Source: Magallana gigas | Lineage: Eukaryota | NCBI RefSeq assembly: GCF_963853765.1 | Contig: NC_088854.1 | Location: 60,078,001 to 60,142,000, forward strand | DNA length: 64,000 nucleotides | Direction of reading: 5' to 3' | In this document: positions 38,180-53,261 of the stretch, in pieces | Numbering within the stretch: position 1 is the first letter of the stretch | How the letters are laid out: every line of letters starts with the position of its first letter | Translations under genes and position numbers: made by a program | The notes under the pieces: generated by a model | The model's input: the letters and a program-made list of their open reading frames with translations, nothing else | Databases searched by the model: none | Told to the model about the DNA's origin: nothing

Positions 38180-41100
38180 TCATTTTGCCGACTTCCAGTT
38201 ATTTTCCTGCTTGTCAATTTCTAGTTGTAACTTGTAAGATGCCGCTACCCCTGGGTCACGTGGGTCACTATTAATGTTTATAAGAATAACCTTAAATAAA
38301 TGGCAACTCAATTGTAATATAATAATTATCTTTTTCATATTGTATTTGCCTCATTTGTAATAAAGTAGCCTTACCACAAAATTAAATCATGTTTATCTTT
38401 GTATCCGAATCTGTAGTTGCTTTTGTTTCCATTTGGCCATCTCACCTGCTCACATAGACAATTGTAAAATATATTGATCATATCAACCTGGTTAATAGAA
38501 ATATTACAAGTAACAAAACATAAATTGATACTTTATTGTCTGAATATTTAATAAAAGTAAAACTGATGTTAAATTACATAACATAATACATTAAATTTGT
38601 AAGTATTTAAATATCTTTAATCATTGCTCGCCTATTTTCATATAAATCTGTACTTCAATTTTAACCATAACAACATATTGCAGCTAAATCAAAATTGATG
38701 TCAATCATTATTCCAATTATAAACCAAAATGAGATGCCTCCCTGTTTTGATGTTAGAGTAGTTTTGTTCTCCAAACATTAAATCATGATTTAATAAGGAG
38801 CATAAACAATTATTAATCATTTATCAATATGTTTGTTTGAATTCTTACATATACTTCTCCTCTGGACTTTATCCGGTACACAGTTCCAATACTGTCTTCG
38901 CTTCCATTTTGATTGCCCCATTGCCAGTCAGGTCCTTGAGGAAAACAGAAAGCTTATTTTTGTATATTCAAGCAGTGAGAAAAATATGTTGAGTAAACTT
39001 GGGTTTGTGTTTGATTTCTCTATCACCTTTGCGAACAAGACAACCGACCGCTATTTCTTGGTTTTCTGGAACAATTCTCGGCTCATTACACACCTTGAGA
39101 TCATATTTTTCTGTTAATCCATCGTTTCCGAAGCGATATGGAAATAGTTGACCATTGTCCCATTCAACATGTAACCATCCGACTAAAATAAACACCACTA
39201 AATTGAATGATTTGGTCATAAGGCAACTTTTTAAAAAAGTTAATATGATATTAAGTTTTCGTGTAGGGTAAATATTGTCCATCTTTTTAGTTTAAGAAAA
39301 TAATAATTTGAATTAATATGAGCATTTTTTTTTTTAAATTAAACAAATAAACTACTGAAATACAACTAATACATTATATAGATAAAACAAAATTTGAAAA
39401 GAAAAGTCTTGGTTTTATTCATTTTTAAAGCAATAAACGCCAATTCAAAATCATGTATTTATAAACAAAACCGAAACATATGCCAAAAGGATCTGATCTT
39501 ACATCCATATCATTAAAAATATTAATATTTATATACCAGTTCTTTGTATAAAAAAAACCCCCCAAAAAACCCATTTATTTTGAATTCGCCACTTATTGAT
39601 GACATGCATATTTTGCATTTGTGAAGTTTGAATTCTGAACTGAGACATGTGTTGATGGATCACACAATTTATTTTCACTTAGTTTAGTTTGATTAATTGT
39701 TATGATTCTGCATCATGACTCTTCAAATGAAACTTTCGTTGTGATATTTATTAATCACTATTTGAGATTTGATTTGAAGTCTTTGAAGAAGGATGTTTTT
39801 GAAGGATTAACAATCTATATTATTATACCTCATATGTATATCCACTAGTTAAACAGAATTTGACTGGCTCATATGGTCACGTGACCATCGTGTTCGCCAT
39901 GCGACAAATCATCGTGTCTCGCTTATTCGAATATTTCTTGTTTTACTTTCGGTTCGAGTTATAGGAAAAGACCAGAGAGTTCCGAGTGTCGAAGACGATA
40001 ACAATCGAAAGTCAGTAAAGATGGCGAGGTTTCACCAGCCTAACAGTGAAGATTTTTCTGCATTATTAAATGAAAAAGACTCGGTGAACACGAAAATATC
40101 AATGAAAGTTGCGTTAAAATGTTTTCAGGACTTTTTAACAGAGCTTGAATTGCCTGCAAATTTTAAAGACTTGCCGATCGATGAGTTGAACAAATCTTTG
40201 AAATCATTTTACGTTGGTGCGAGGAAAACGTATGGGAATCTTTAAAGAGTAAAGGACTCGGGGGAACTGACCATCACCCTACCATTTCAGAGCATGATAT
40301 GCAGTAATTTTACAGTAAGTCCACTCCGGTTTTTGATGTAAACCCTCCGTTTGGTCTACAGAGAGAAAGGTATGGTTTGAAACTACGCTTTATCTGTGCA
40401 GAAGAGGTGAAGAAAATTTGAGATCAATGACCAAAGACACATATGAGTAGCAAAAGATGATGGTGTGAGATTGTACATGTATGTATATCAGTTTGTTGTT
40501 ATATGTTAAAATATATTTCATTATCATTACTTCTACATAGCTATTGTAATGATTATGGAGAACGAATTGTTTTCCTTATTTTTTTTTTCAGAAAACATAA
40601 ACTGCCCTGTGCTTTCGAAGAGTATGTATCAAAGTTGAACCCAAACAAGGATGATTTGTGGCAGCGACCTAGGGGTTCCTTCTCCCTCAATGATGATGTG
40701 TGGTATGCAAATGCACCTTGGGTGGGGGGAATTCATTGTCTAGCTTTATGTCCGATATTTCAAATGTAGAGAAAATTTCTAAAGTATATAAGAATCATTC
40801 GGTATTGGATGTTGCGGGCATCACATTATGAAAGTTTCTGGACATAAATCGGAGACCTCCCTCAAGTTTTAAGGGACTTGAGGGAGGGAAATATAAGAAA
40901 CTCTTAGTTACGCCACTGGATAGCAACCATCGACAACTAAAAATGAAGCTGGTACAGTGATTTTGGCTAGTGTGTTTGCAGACAACTTTGAACTTGACCT
41001 GCTTGATGATAAGAATCAATCAAATGAGCTAAAAAAGGTGTTGTGTGAGCTTAATCAAAGCAAATCAGTTACTAGTATGCAGAATCAGATGGACATATCT

Positions 41101-43481
41101 GCAGTGGGAATGGGAATGATAAACTTCTGAAATTGTGTTCAAATCAACGTTAGTTTTCCAAAGTAAACTTAAAGTTATTATTTACATATTTACTGTTTAA
41201 CAATTTTCTCAGGTTAAATCAATCATTTATATCTTTTAGAATTAAATTAAATTAAAATGTTGTTATAAAATCTAATTGATAACTATTATATTGTATATTT
41301 ATTTCATATATGATACAGTGTGTTATGATATCCGGAATGGGATATCTCACTTTTTTGTCATCTTTTTTGTGTTATTAATCTAAGCTGAATAGAAAAAAAT
41401 ATTAAAATTCTGAAAATTCAATTAATTTTTTGTTGAAATAAAATTATCAACTTATACATTTATTCAATCTGTGATACAGTCTGTTTTTCAGAATGTGATA
41501 TCTCATTTTTTGTCATGTTTTATTTTGTGTTATTGATATTTGTTGAATAAAATTGTTTAGTTTGAATATCAATGAATTTATAATTGGGCTTGATTCGGTA
41601 CAATAAACAATTTATTGCATGAATGTTCGGGAGACATGAAGATTTATTCACCCTTGAAAAAGTATATTCCCCGAGGGCGTTGCCCTCCGGGAATTTGATT
41701 TTTCACGGGTGAATAAATCTTCATGTCTTTCTCACCATCATGCAATAAATGTGTAATGATCAATTTGAAATCTTACATACATTGCGCAATTTGGAGGGTT
41801 CATTTTTTTCTGTTATAACTTTGATTCCCCTTTCTAACCGTGTCGATAGTTAAGAAGGTCTTTAGAAGTATTGATAGTACATGCTATCTTAATGTTTTGT
41901 TGTTGTTGTTGTTGTTTTTGGGTTTTTTTTAATTCGGTTGATTTTTAAAAAAAATGAAATCTATTCTATTTTTATTTTCTCCTAATATTCGTTGAAAAAA
42001 ATCTTTCCTTGTTGTAAATCAAAATCAATCCAACTCAAAATTTTAATTTTGATGATTTCCTTCCCAACCAAATCAAGGATAAACTCACAGTACAAATGTT
42101 ATTTGTACGATATGTTTAACAAGCATTTTAAGATAGGGAGAAGATTTTAACCACGCAATGCTTTTAATGAACAAATGCTAGCTAAATGAGGTTAATTGAT
42201 ATTTGTTACAAAAAAGAAAAGAAAATGCCAAATAAACCTTGTTCAGAATGTCCAATTACTGTTCCAACCCCGTAGCTATCCTGGTTTTCATAATGCCAAT
42301 GTCTTCCTCTTCTTACTCTTGTACCAGCACATGGCAAATTTGAATATCGTTCTTTAAATATGTCTTCTGTAATGTCATCGTCATCTCCATATGCTTCTCT
42401 TTCATTCAAAATTTCACATACTTGATTCTAAAACAAAGAGTGATCTCAAAGGACCAGTCTTTTTATGCTCCATATAAAGCATTAGTTCAGTGGGTTATAA
42501 TTTGTAAAACATATTTGCTTTAAACTTACAATATCATCTTCACTTCTGCCAAACCGTGAACATTCGCTTTTTACGATTGTTTCTGTGATCGTCTCGTTGG
42601 GAAACCTTCTGAGAAGTTTAGCAGCAACACGCTACAATAAAATGCACAACAAAGAAAGGTTTGTCTCTTTTTGAGAATTATAGATCGAGTTTTATTATAT
42701 CACAAATTTCAATTTCTTACAAAACAGTGAGACAATCTCGCATATTGACGAGCATCCTTCCATCCAATGAGTCGACCCCCTCTTGAGGCTAAAGCTAATT
42801 CCCCTAGTAGGCACTTTTTATAAAAGGTTTAGATTAAGAAAAGGTAACATTGAAATACTGTAATCATTTAAATAAGAGGAGTTGTGTTAATTGCCCTTAA
42901 TTAACAACACATCGAGATCGAAGAGGTTATCCTGCAACATTCACGAAAACAAGAACTTCTATTTCTATTTCTATTCTACTTTTAGCCCAGTATTTCTACA
43001 GATCGTTTCTCCTATAGAGAGACGATCTAGATCATTTTGACGGCTGTTCCGTGTAACCCCAACGGTTTTGTTAGTAATGTTTACATGTGTATCGATCAAA
43101 GGAATGACATGCAGATGACAGACTTTTTCTTTGGAGTTTTAATACTCTTCACTTATTTATAAAATATCTTTGAATCATATTCCTTATATTTTAAGGTAAA
43201 TTTAATACGATTATAACTACTACACGTCATACATTTTATGTAAAAACACGCAGTAAAAATATACTAGGGAGGTCTTAGGAACAATTGCATTGTTTTTGAC
43301 TGGAACTAACACGTGAAATTAACAAGATTTTAAAACTTTTACTGTTTAAAGTTGTACTTTCATGATCAGTGCGAGACAACAAATAGTTATTTCTGATCTG
43401 ATAATTTACTGATGACGTTCGTGGTAAATTGGAGAATAATGTCCGTGGCTTCTCTTTAATCACGGGAATTACTGTAGTGTT

Positions 43482-43556
<75 letters not shown>

Positions 43557-45726
43557 ATATAGAAATTCTTGATCTTTTATTGCATTATGCTGTTTTAGCA
43601 TCAACCTCAGCTTCTGATTCAAATATATTAAACATGACAATTTATTATAAATTGACAATCTTTAATGACTAATTTGAAATGCAACGTTCCTTACATAATT
43701 TGGAGTTTTCCCAACTGGAATGAATGTAAAAGGATTCATTTTCCCTTGATGTTCAACCAATCGCAAAAGTCTGTTAAAAGTCTAAATTGATGGAAACATT
43801 GTTAAACAAGCCCTATCAAGATCGAGCAATACTAATTTAATTTATAACCTTATTTTTCAAATAATTGTCGTTCTACCCTGAGCAGGAAGACATTGAAACA
43901 CAAGACATAAAAGTATTTTATCCTCAACAACCAAATTTTGTTGTCGCAATCAACTTATTGTAATAAATGTAAGTTAATAAATTTGTTTTAAAAAACAATG
44001 TAAATCATAATCATTCTTGATTTGCAATATTTTCCAATAATTCATCTTATCTTCTATTCATTTGGGTTTTCTTAGTAGAAATGATTATTTAGATTTCCAT
44101 TGATGATTTAATGTGCAAAATGCACATGCCTCAGAGTCTTTTGTTGTCTCTGAAGCGTCAGTAGGACTCGACATGTCTAAATCTGTGGGGTTCCCATCGG
44201 AAATCACCACTACTCTTGCTCGAATATGGAGATCACCCATTATTGCCGAATGTCCTAAAATAGCAGAAATATTTTTGAAGGAAATACTGCGCGAGATATT
44301 ATACAAATGTGTTTCATTCAGTATGTTGTTTAAAATACCTCCTCCAAATTTTATGCATGAAAATGATAAAATGATTCCTGCTTCTAAAGGCGATGGTCCT
44401 TCATATTTGATGTTATCTATTTAAAGTCAAGAACAGAAATATAAATTAACGCCATAATTTTAAAGTAATGATGGATGTTATCCTTCAGTTTAAAGTTATA
44501 CTATACATGTTTTATCATTACAATATAACTTATGCAAGTAAAAGCAATCCAAAAGGAAATAATTTACCTAGGCATTTCTTGATAGAATAATAATTGTTTG
44601 AATAATAATGAAGAAATTTCACTTCTTTTCCACATCCTATGACAGCAATGTTGTCATCTAAATGCAAGGACTCGTATTCTAAAGAGGACAAAATACCAGC
44701 AAAGTTACTCTTTAACATAATGAGTTGCAAAGCTCTTTATTATAGATACTAGTATTACTTGGTAGTATATTACTAAGTTTTGCCCTGATGGTTGTTCCCT
44801 AACAAAATACAAAAAATTGTAACTATGTGCTAGCAAAAAAAGTTTACTTTAAAAAGGCTAGAATACTGATTTACAGTGTTACCAGTATCATTAATATTTT
44901 ATCATAATAATTATAATTTACTTATCAATAAGAAGTTAACATTTTAACTTTTGGTTCAATGACCTCAGGTTTGGGTCAAAGAACATCATCTAATCATCTA
45001 AAATATCTGTGCCATGTTTCAGCCTCTGGTACATTTTTATTTTAATTAAAATGACTTAACACAAATGTGGAGCGTACGGATAAAAGAGGAGACGAACATT
45101 TAAATCTTCGAAACTTTGTTTCGAAGATCATAGATTTCGTAAATCATAATTAACGCTTAAACATGAAAATAACATTTGTTTCTTTATCCAAAAGTATGTA
45201 TGTTAAATATAAAAATACAGAGAAGAATTTAGCAGTTTAAGGATAGTTTACCGTTTAAGATGGCTGACATGGCCATTTTCATCTCTCGACCTCCTTCTCC
45301 CGCCATGCTTTCCGATGTATCCAGTATAAAAACGGAACAGATTCCTTTCCCATGTTGACGTCTTCTCTTGCTATCTTTATAACGATTTAACCAATTGTTT
45401 ATCAAATCAGACCATAACGGCACTATTACTAATAATCATCCGTAAGGCGAGTTAGAGCTTAAACAATGACACCTCACTTTTTAAGAACTTGCAGAGAATA
45501 TTCAGTTAAGTAAAGCACAGTCTTGCATAATTCCCTCAGAAAATNNNNNNNNNNNNNNNNNNNNNNNNNNNNNNNNNNNNNNNNNNNNNNNNNNNNNNNN
45601 NNNNNNNNNNNNNNNNNNNNNNNNNNNNNNNNNNNNNNNNNNNNNNNNNNNNNNNNNNNNNNNNNNNNNNNNNNTTTCCTCGTGGGCTTTCTTCATCCAA
45701 AAAGCCTCTGCCAGTCGAGTTTCCAT
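38180..45726 (-). CDS. vWA + 2x MIB/HERC2 protein, copy A (~470 aa, 13 exons; exon-1 donor hidden in the gap)
   Basis: Exons ?-45726, 45252-45422, 44568-44678, 44339-44416, 44130-44254, 43695-43781, 42721-42813, 42530-42631, 42238-42427, 39027-39182, 38849-38934, 38375-38445, 38180-38267; phases consistent. MIDAS DTSES...GPSP...SDG; MIB/HERC2 motifs GTRVRRGRHW...VEWDNG and GPDWQWGNQ...VRWPNG...YRFG. Confidence 0.88.
40021..41750 (+). mobile_element. Decayed Crypton (tyrosine-recombinase, DUF3504-type) DNA transposon in an intron of copy A
   Basis: MARF...KDSVNTK...KSFYVGARK; CRRGEENLRSMTKDT (40397); SKLNP...LWQRP...WY; HIMKVSGHKSETSL (~40823-40865); stops and frameshifts; 141-bp hairpin at 41610-41750. 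The left boundary lies somewhat upstream of 40021 and was not resolved. Confidence 0.82.
43483..43560 (+). repeat. (TA)n microsatellite
   Basis: Direct reading. Confidence 0.95.
45545..45674. other. Assembly gap (130 N)
   Basis: Direct reading. Confidence 1.
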
Positions 45727-47548
45727 GATTTGTGTCTTTTTAACGGTTTAGTAGAATTTTTTAAAAAAAATATCAGATTCATCAAGGGTCATGTTAGTGA
45801 GATAAATGAATTAAATAAATCTCTATCTCCGTATGCTATTTTAGGATTTGTATACAAATTTCCTGCATAGCTAATATTGAGGAAAGTAAATACAATAATA
45901 ATATCAAAAAATAAAATATTTTCAGCTGAACGTAAATTTCCTTTTGACTTTTTTCATGTTTTGAATAGTCAGACTCATAAAAAATGTCAATTAACATTAT
46001 ATGGATTAGAGTAAATACATTAAGCCTACTTACAATCTATTTGCACGCTTTCGATCGTTTTTATTAGATTTTTTTTAAAAAAAACTACAGTACTGCTGAT
46101 TATCTGTTTTGTTGCGCATATTGTTATAATAAACTTAAAAAACCAGACGTCTTAGTATTTTAAATTTATTTTTAAAAAAAAAATCCATGAAACCTTCCTA
46201 AGTATGGCAATCCTAATATTATTTTTCTTAGTTTACATTTTTGCAAACATGAAAATTGGACGAGTGTTAATGCCACGTTTTCTACTTTCAAAACACCTAT
46301 AATTGCTACTGATGAGTTCATATATCAAAAGTTGTTAACTTAATATTGTTGACATTTGAATTTAAATCATTTCGATTGCTATTTATAAGCTATATACATG
46401 TATAACTGGTGGACAGTTACAACTTTTCGGATTACTCTTTGTAATATTTATAATAAATATGTTACACTGTAAGTGTTTAAAATGCATTATGATAAAATAC
46501 GACGTTTGATTTAAATGTAGTGATGTGTTTATTTTTTAATTTCGAAAACAGTTTCTTCAACATAAAAAATCGAATATTTGAACATGATTTCAGAATCATC
46601 GAGCGGGAGTGCAACATTAATTATCTAAAACTGGGAATCAAAAGAACAAAATACAGTCACTGTGGTAGACATTACACACACAAAAACCCGGTAGTAAACT
46701 TGTGTATTCCCGAGTGGGTTTTATGACTTGTTATCTCATTAAATAATATCACAAGCCTTGTTTACCTTTAAAAATAATTATATTTACATTAACTATGTAG
46801 TTTCTGCTTTATTTCTTAACAAGACCGATTGTAATTCACATCGCTGGGGATACTGACAGGGCTAAAATCTACATGATCGAGTTGTAAGCAGTTTATAAGT
46901 TTGAAACCTTAAGCATTCTAACACAAATCACGCACTGCATGGAATAATCATGATTATGTCAGACTCAAATTCCCATGTATGACGATTTGGCTATTTTTTG
47001 TTTAAATCTAACATACTGATGTACATTATAAATCATCATCAATAATTTATTTACTTTTATAAATAAATTCATGATTAATCAAATAATATATCAAACAAAA
47101 AATGTAGATAAAAGCAATAAAATGATATCTCTTGCGGACTATGGAGGGAGCAATTATATTCTCAAGTAAATAAATTTTAATGAAACTAAAACATAGACAG
47201 TTGTACAAACTGAGTATTTTAAGGGCATACAAATGTCTCACATAACATACGAGTTCACATAAACACACATGTACACTTTGCTAAATTAAAATTTAATAGA
47301 CAATCAACTGTTGACACCATGTGCTTAAATTTACAAATCGAGAAATTTACAGCGCTGGTCGAATATGAAACAGAGATCAAATTGCTAGTAATGTTTAAAA
47401 TCGTAGAGTTTCTTTAATGTACAATATGTTATTTTAAGCAGTGCTCTTAAATTGTTCTTAAATGATTTACGTCACATTTTCAAATTCAATTTAGCAGTAT
47501 CTTTTTAATGACCACCAAGTAGACTGTATTATTAACACGACTCATTTC

Positions 47549-50500
47549 TCATTTTGCCGACATTTTGGATTTTTCCTTCAGGTACGTTTCAAGCTGTAAC
47601 TTGTAAGATGCTTTTACCTCTGGATCTCTTGGGTCACTATCGCCGGTTAAAACAAAAAAAGAGATATAATGTAATATCATTCGTCAATTTTAAAGTGAAA
47701 AAAAATCGCTATTATATCATATTTACTATTTAATGACAAATAGCCTACCACATTATTAAATCATATCTATCTTTGTATCCAAATCTGTAATTACTTTTTG
47801 TACCATTCGGCCATCTCACCTGCTCATAAAGATAAAATACAAGAGAAAAAGAATTAAATGCTTAGTTGGCGAGATAACGCCACATTAAAAGACACATATA
47901 GTGATATATTTGTTGACTGAATCAAATTGTTACAGCCAATATGTCTTTGTGCAACGTCACCTAACTGAGCAACGGTGGTTTTAGTGACGAAGATACAGTA
48001 AAATATTACCGGTAGCTTTATCACATAAAGTGCAGCCCAATCACATCAAACTAATCATGGTGGTCAAATGTAGTTAATACAAATAATGATATTATTTATT
48101 TCAAACTTGTGAAAACAGCATCAATAATTGTTTTTATATTGAACAAATAATGAGCGTGTTCGACACTCAGTTTTGAATTCTTACATAAACTTCTCCTCTG
48201 GATTTTATCCGGTACACAGTCCCAATACTGTCTTCGCTACCATTTTGATTACCCCATTGCCAGTGAGGTCCTGTAGAAAATACCAAATTATTCTTTTAAA
48301 TATTCTCATGCAGTTATTTTTTAGAACTTTTTTGCTGTTAAAATCTGCTAGTATGATAAGTCTGCATATAACATAAACTCTCATGATAAATAGGATTTGA
48401 AAACATCATTAACTTTTGTCAAAGGAAATATGTCTCTTCTAAGGAATATATAGCAAATCAATTTTTGTACAGGATGACAATTATTCAATTTAGCTTCAAC
48501 TAAGGCTTCTTAACGGCCTTTTCTAAAACAAATATGGCTAACAGAAATTCAAAAACCATGATAATTTTGTCATTTTAGTAGAAAAAAACATTATAGTATA
48601 AAAAAAACAACATGAAAAACGCAGCTCAGATTGCTTTAAGTAAACTTAGTTTGTGTCTGATTTCTTCACTACCTTTGCGAACAAGACACCCAATCGCTAT
48701 TTCTTGGTTTTCTGGAATATTTCGTGGCTCATTACACACCTGGATATCATATTCTTCTAGATCTCCATCATATCCAAACTGATATGAAAACTGACGACCA
48801 TTGTCCCATTCAACAAATAACCATCCGACTAGAATATTTTAAAACGATGGTTATCTTTAGACAGCTCTATATGAAAAATACTTGTTGGCGTATATAGATG
48901 TATAAAATAAGTTGTGAAACAAGATTGATTACATAGAGATAAATTGATACACCTCGTTTGCAATGTCCTATCACTGTTCCAACACCATAGCCATCCTGGT
49001 TTTCATAATTCCAGTGTCTACCTCTTCTTACTCTTGTGCCAGCACATGGCATATCCAAATATCGTTCTTCAAAACTGTCAAAAAAAATGTCATCGATATC
49101 TCCATATACTTCTTCTTCATTCAAAATTTCGCGTATTTGATTCTGAAACAAAGATTGATCAGGTAAAATATTTCTATGCTTCACATAAATCATTAGTTCA
49201 AAGGGTTATTATTTGTAAAATATTTCGCAAATTCTATTTTTAAAACGAAGTTAATGATATTGAAAAAAGTGTTTATGCTTAGCAATAATTAATGGTTGCA
49301 TATTTTATATTTTTTGTTCATAATAATGGGTATGTTTGATTAAACTTACAATATCTTCCCCTCCCCCGCCATAACTTGAACATTCACGTCTCACAATTGC
49401 TTCTGTTATTTTTTCACTGGGAAACATTCTAAGAAGTTTACCTGCAACTTTCTACAATACAATGTAAAACACAAAATAAGATTTTAGCTTTTTTGTTTTA
49501 AAAGTTATCACACAGTCATTGTACATAATTTTAGAAATTATCTTTAAAATAAAAAGATTGTCTGTTCTTTTGGCAAGTTTGATTTATTTCTTACAAAATA
49601 GAGAGACAATCTTGCGTATTGGCGGGCATCCTTCCAACCAATAAGTCGACCCCCTCTTGCTGCCAAAGCTAGTTCTCCTAGTAGGCACTTGAATATCGTA
49701 GAGATACATGATTTTTTTTGTGTATTATATATTATTTTAAAGAGTTAATGATTTATACTTCCATACAGGCGTAGTAAAACGTCATCTTGACTACAAATAT
49801 TGGATAAGTTAAAAAAAGTGTTCAAACTGTTTTATGTTCTTTATAACGTTATATCAAACTAATGAATCAATAGCGATCAATAGAGTTATTAGTATTTATG
49901 CTTCTTACAAAGGCTTCTAAGAAAAATAGCTATAGATTCTAATTCAAATTTATATACGATTTTAGACAATGGTTATGCTTAGTATGTGTATACGTATGAT
50001 AATGGACATTGCAGTAGATTTCTCGTCGATTAAGTCATGAAAAATGATGTACAAATTTTTATTTACAAAACAAACGACATTAAAAATATTCCGTTATTTC
50101 GCCGTCGAGGCGAAGATAATTGTATCCTGACCTCGCATTTTTAATAGATATTAAATAGGAGTAATCTTCTGACAAACCAAATACATGTATAAACGTTGTT
50201 AACAATCGATGCATGACATGCGGGTGGAAGAAACCCAAATATTTGGGAGAAACTAAACGGTTACCTTTCCTAAACATTCCCATTACGCATTTTTTTTGCC
50301 CAGAAAGAAATAATTTTTATTTACTTTGAATATTTCTAACCTTTGAAGGTTCTGCATGTGTAAAGTTGCGAAAGTTTTTAATTATGTAAGATATTGGTTT
50401 GTATAGAGACTCATTTCATATTGTGATATCAAAAAATAGGACCATGCAGCTTTAACTTGATTAAGATGAGTTATTAGAAAATGCTACTCACATAATTTGG

Positions 50501-53197
50501 ATCTTTACCAACAGGAATAAACGTAAAAGGATTTAATTGTCCTTGATTTTCAATAATACGCCGAAGTCTATGAAAAGTCTGTGATAAAGACATTGTCATT
50601 ATATTGCAAAAATATTAGTATATCTCCAAAAGATGGATATTTCTTTTCTTAACGTTTGTCTTTAACATTAATATTGAATTAATATAATTGCATGATATTA
50701 TTACTTAAAATGTTTGTTACTGACTGACTACAGAAATATATCGGGTTCATAAATCTCATAGACGACGAGGCGAAACCGGGCTGTTTCTGTAATTAGTCAG
50801 TAACAAACCTATTAAATGTTTTGTTTTTCCAGGTCTACCGGTATCAAGAGAGATATTTATTCACACAAAGCGACGACCTTCCGAAATCCATGTTAAAGTA
50901 AAAAAGGCCTTACAACTCGTCCTATTTTACACAATCAAACTCTTCATTTTCACTTTTCAAACACTCTTTGAAAATTTTCATTGCACCCTTATTTACAAAC
51001 AATGTTTTGTTGTTTTTCAAATTTTGAATGTTATGTTTCTTTCCTCCGCAGATATTTGAAAAAATCTCGACGCAGCTATTTTAGTCTTCTCCAGACCCCG
51101 CCGTCACCAACTTTCCTTAAGTCAATACACAGCCTCAAGTCTGAGTCTTTACCTCAAGTCTATGCACTTTTCTTTTAAGGATTTGGGGTGAGGATTAAGT
51201 TGAGTGATTTGAAAATTTTGGTGGTGGTGGGGCCAAAAATGATAATGTGATGTCATTTCAAAGGGTAACTACACTCTTATTTTAAAGTAATTCTAAAAGA
51301 CAACTACTTCAAATATTTTAATATCTTACAGATTACTGTTTCTGTATTAATTATAATGAAATGTGAAGATGAGTATGCAAAGCGTCAGCCATATTGCAGA
51401 ATCCTTATATTAATCAGACGGACTGGGGCATTTAATTATGGGAAAACAAATATAAATGTTTTAAATCCGAAATGCTTTAACTTGACGCAACGCCACTTAT
51501 TCCAATGGTACTTTATAATCAGTATTTGGTGAAAATTCCGACCATAAACACACAAAAGCAATTCTTTCGATCCAATATCATCTTATTATCTTAGTATTCC
51601 CCTACATTTTGGCAAATTCATTTTGTAACAAAAAGTCGCCTGTACCATATATCCATATTACAATATACAATACATTTGATGAATTCAGTGAATTATGAAC
51701 TATTCAATGTGCTTGCCCCAGTATCAGTTGTCGTCTCTGATGTCTCAATGAAACTGGACATTTCTAGACCCGTGGGGTTACCATCAGAAATCACCACGAC
51801 TCTTGCTCGAATGTGGAGAGGAGGTATAATTGCCGTGTGTCCTACAATAACAAGGATGTTTTACAACTAGATATTTTTTTTTGGTTGCAACACCTTATTT
51901 GATGGGCTTAAGAAATTAATTTATAATGTGTAACTTAACTTGCCTCACAAGACGACGCGTGTGTAGACATTAGTCTGCTTGAGGTTATATCTAACTTTTG
52001 CACAATTTTATGTCTTTTTTTAAATGCATTTATCTGAACATAACGTATGTAAAAAATTAAGACATAAGAAATAAATACAACGTGAACCTATGTTATAGCT
52101 CCAAAAGAAATACAGAAATCTTTTTGTTAAAATTGAAAAAATTGAGAAAATTAGTAGAAATAAAATCAATTCCCTAAATACAGATTTTAGATTTTATGTT
52201 TATATGATTAATAATGGATTAATAATGGATATTGTTTCCAGTTACATGTACCTCCTCCAAACTTAATGCATGAATATGATAGAATGATTCCTGCTTCTAA
52301 AGGTGATGGTCCTTCACAGTGGATCTTATCTGTTGATAAAAAATGTCATCATTTTCAAGTTGTATCATTTTAAAAGTTAAAACGAAGTTCCCATTCCATC
52401 TAAAGTTTTCAGTGGCATCTCACTTCAATTGCAATTGTTTAAAAAGAGCAACCTCAAATGGCGTTGTAACGATTTTAGTTGAAATTTGCCAAATTTTAGC
52501 TTCCCATTCTTGTTTTTTTACTATACTTTGTCATTGTGTTTCTAATAAATTCAAATTTGAGATTTGTTTGTTAGTTATTATTGAGGAACAAATTAAAGCT
52601 CATAATATATTGTCATGAAATCAAACCTCAGGTCATGTTGTAAATTATTTGAAAAGTGTTTCTTTAAATTTTAAGAAAACTATTGTTTACAAAAGGACTG
52701 CTGAATAAAAAATACTAAAAAACCAAACGTAACAAACATTAGAATATATTCATTCTTGTTCATATCGAACTAGGAAATATTGTCTTAATTAAGTATTAGG
52801 AATAACCCTGGATGCGTTGTAAATATTAAAAATTGAAAATTAAGTCAGATATATTCAGATAAAATTTTGACCTTCATGACATACCAAGGCATTTCTTGAT
52901 AGAATAATAATTGTTTGAATAATAATGAAGAAATTTCACTTCTTTTCCACATCCTATCACAGCGATGTTGTCATCTAAATGCAAGGACTCGTATTCTAAA
53001 AAGAAAAATAAAGAGGTTATTTGTTAACATAATAAGGTGCAAAAAAATTACAAAGCTTTTGATTATACAAACTTTCCTGTACATTTAGGCTATTTAATTC
53101 CTTTCGCTCTTTTGATTGTGATGTATTAAAATCAATAAAATGATTTAGAAATATGTGATAGCAAATGTCAATATGTGTAACAAAATTAATTTTAACT

Positions 53198-53261
<64 letters not shown>

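Noticed and set aside
43275-43672. ORFs with IYIY or ERER runs (2286, 33437, 43275, 43481)
   Set aside because: Translations of microsatellites.
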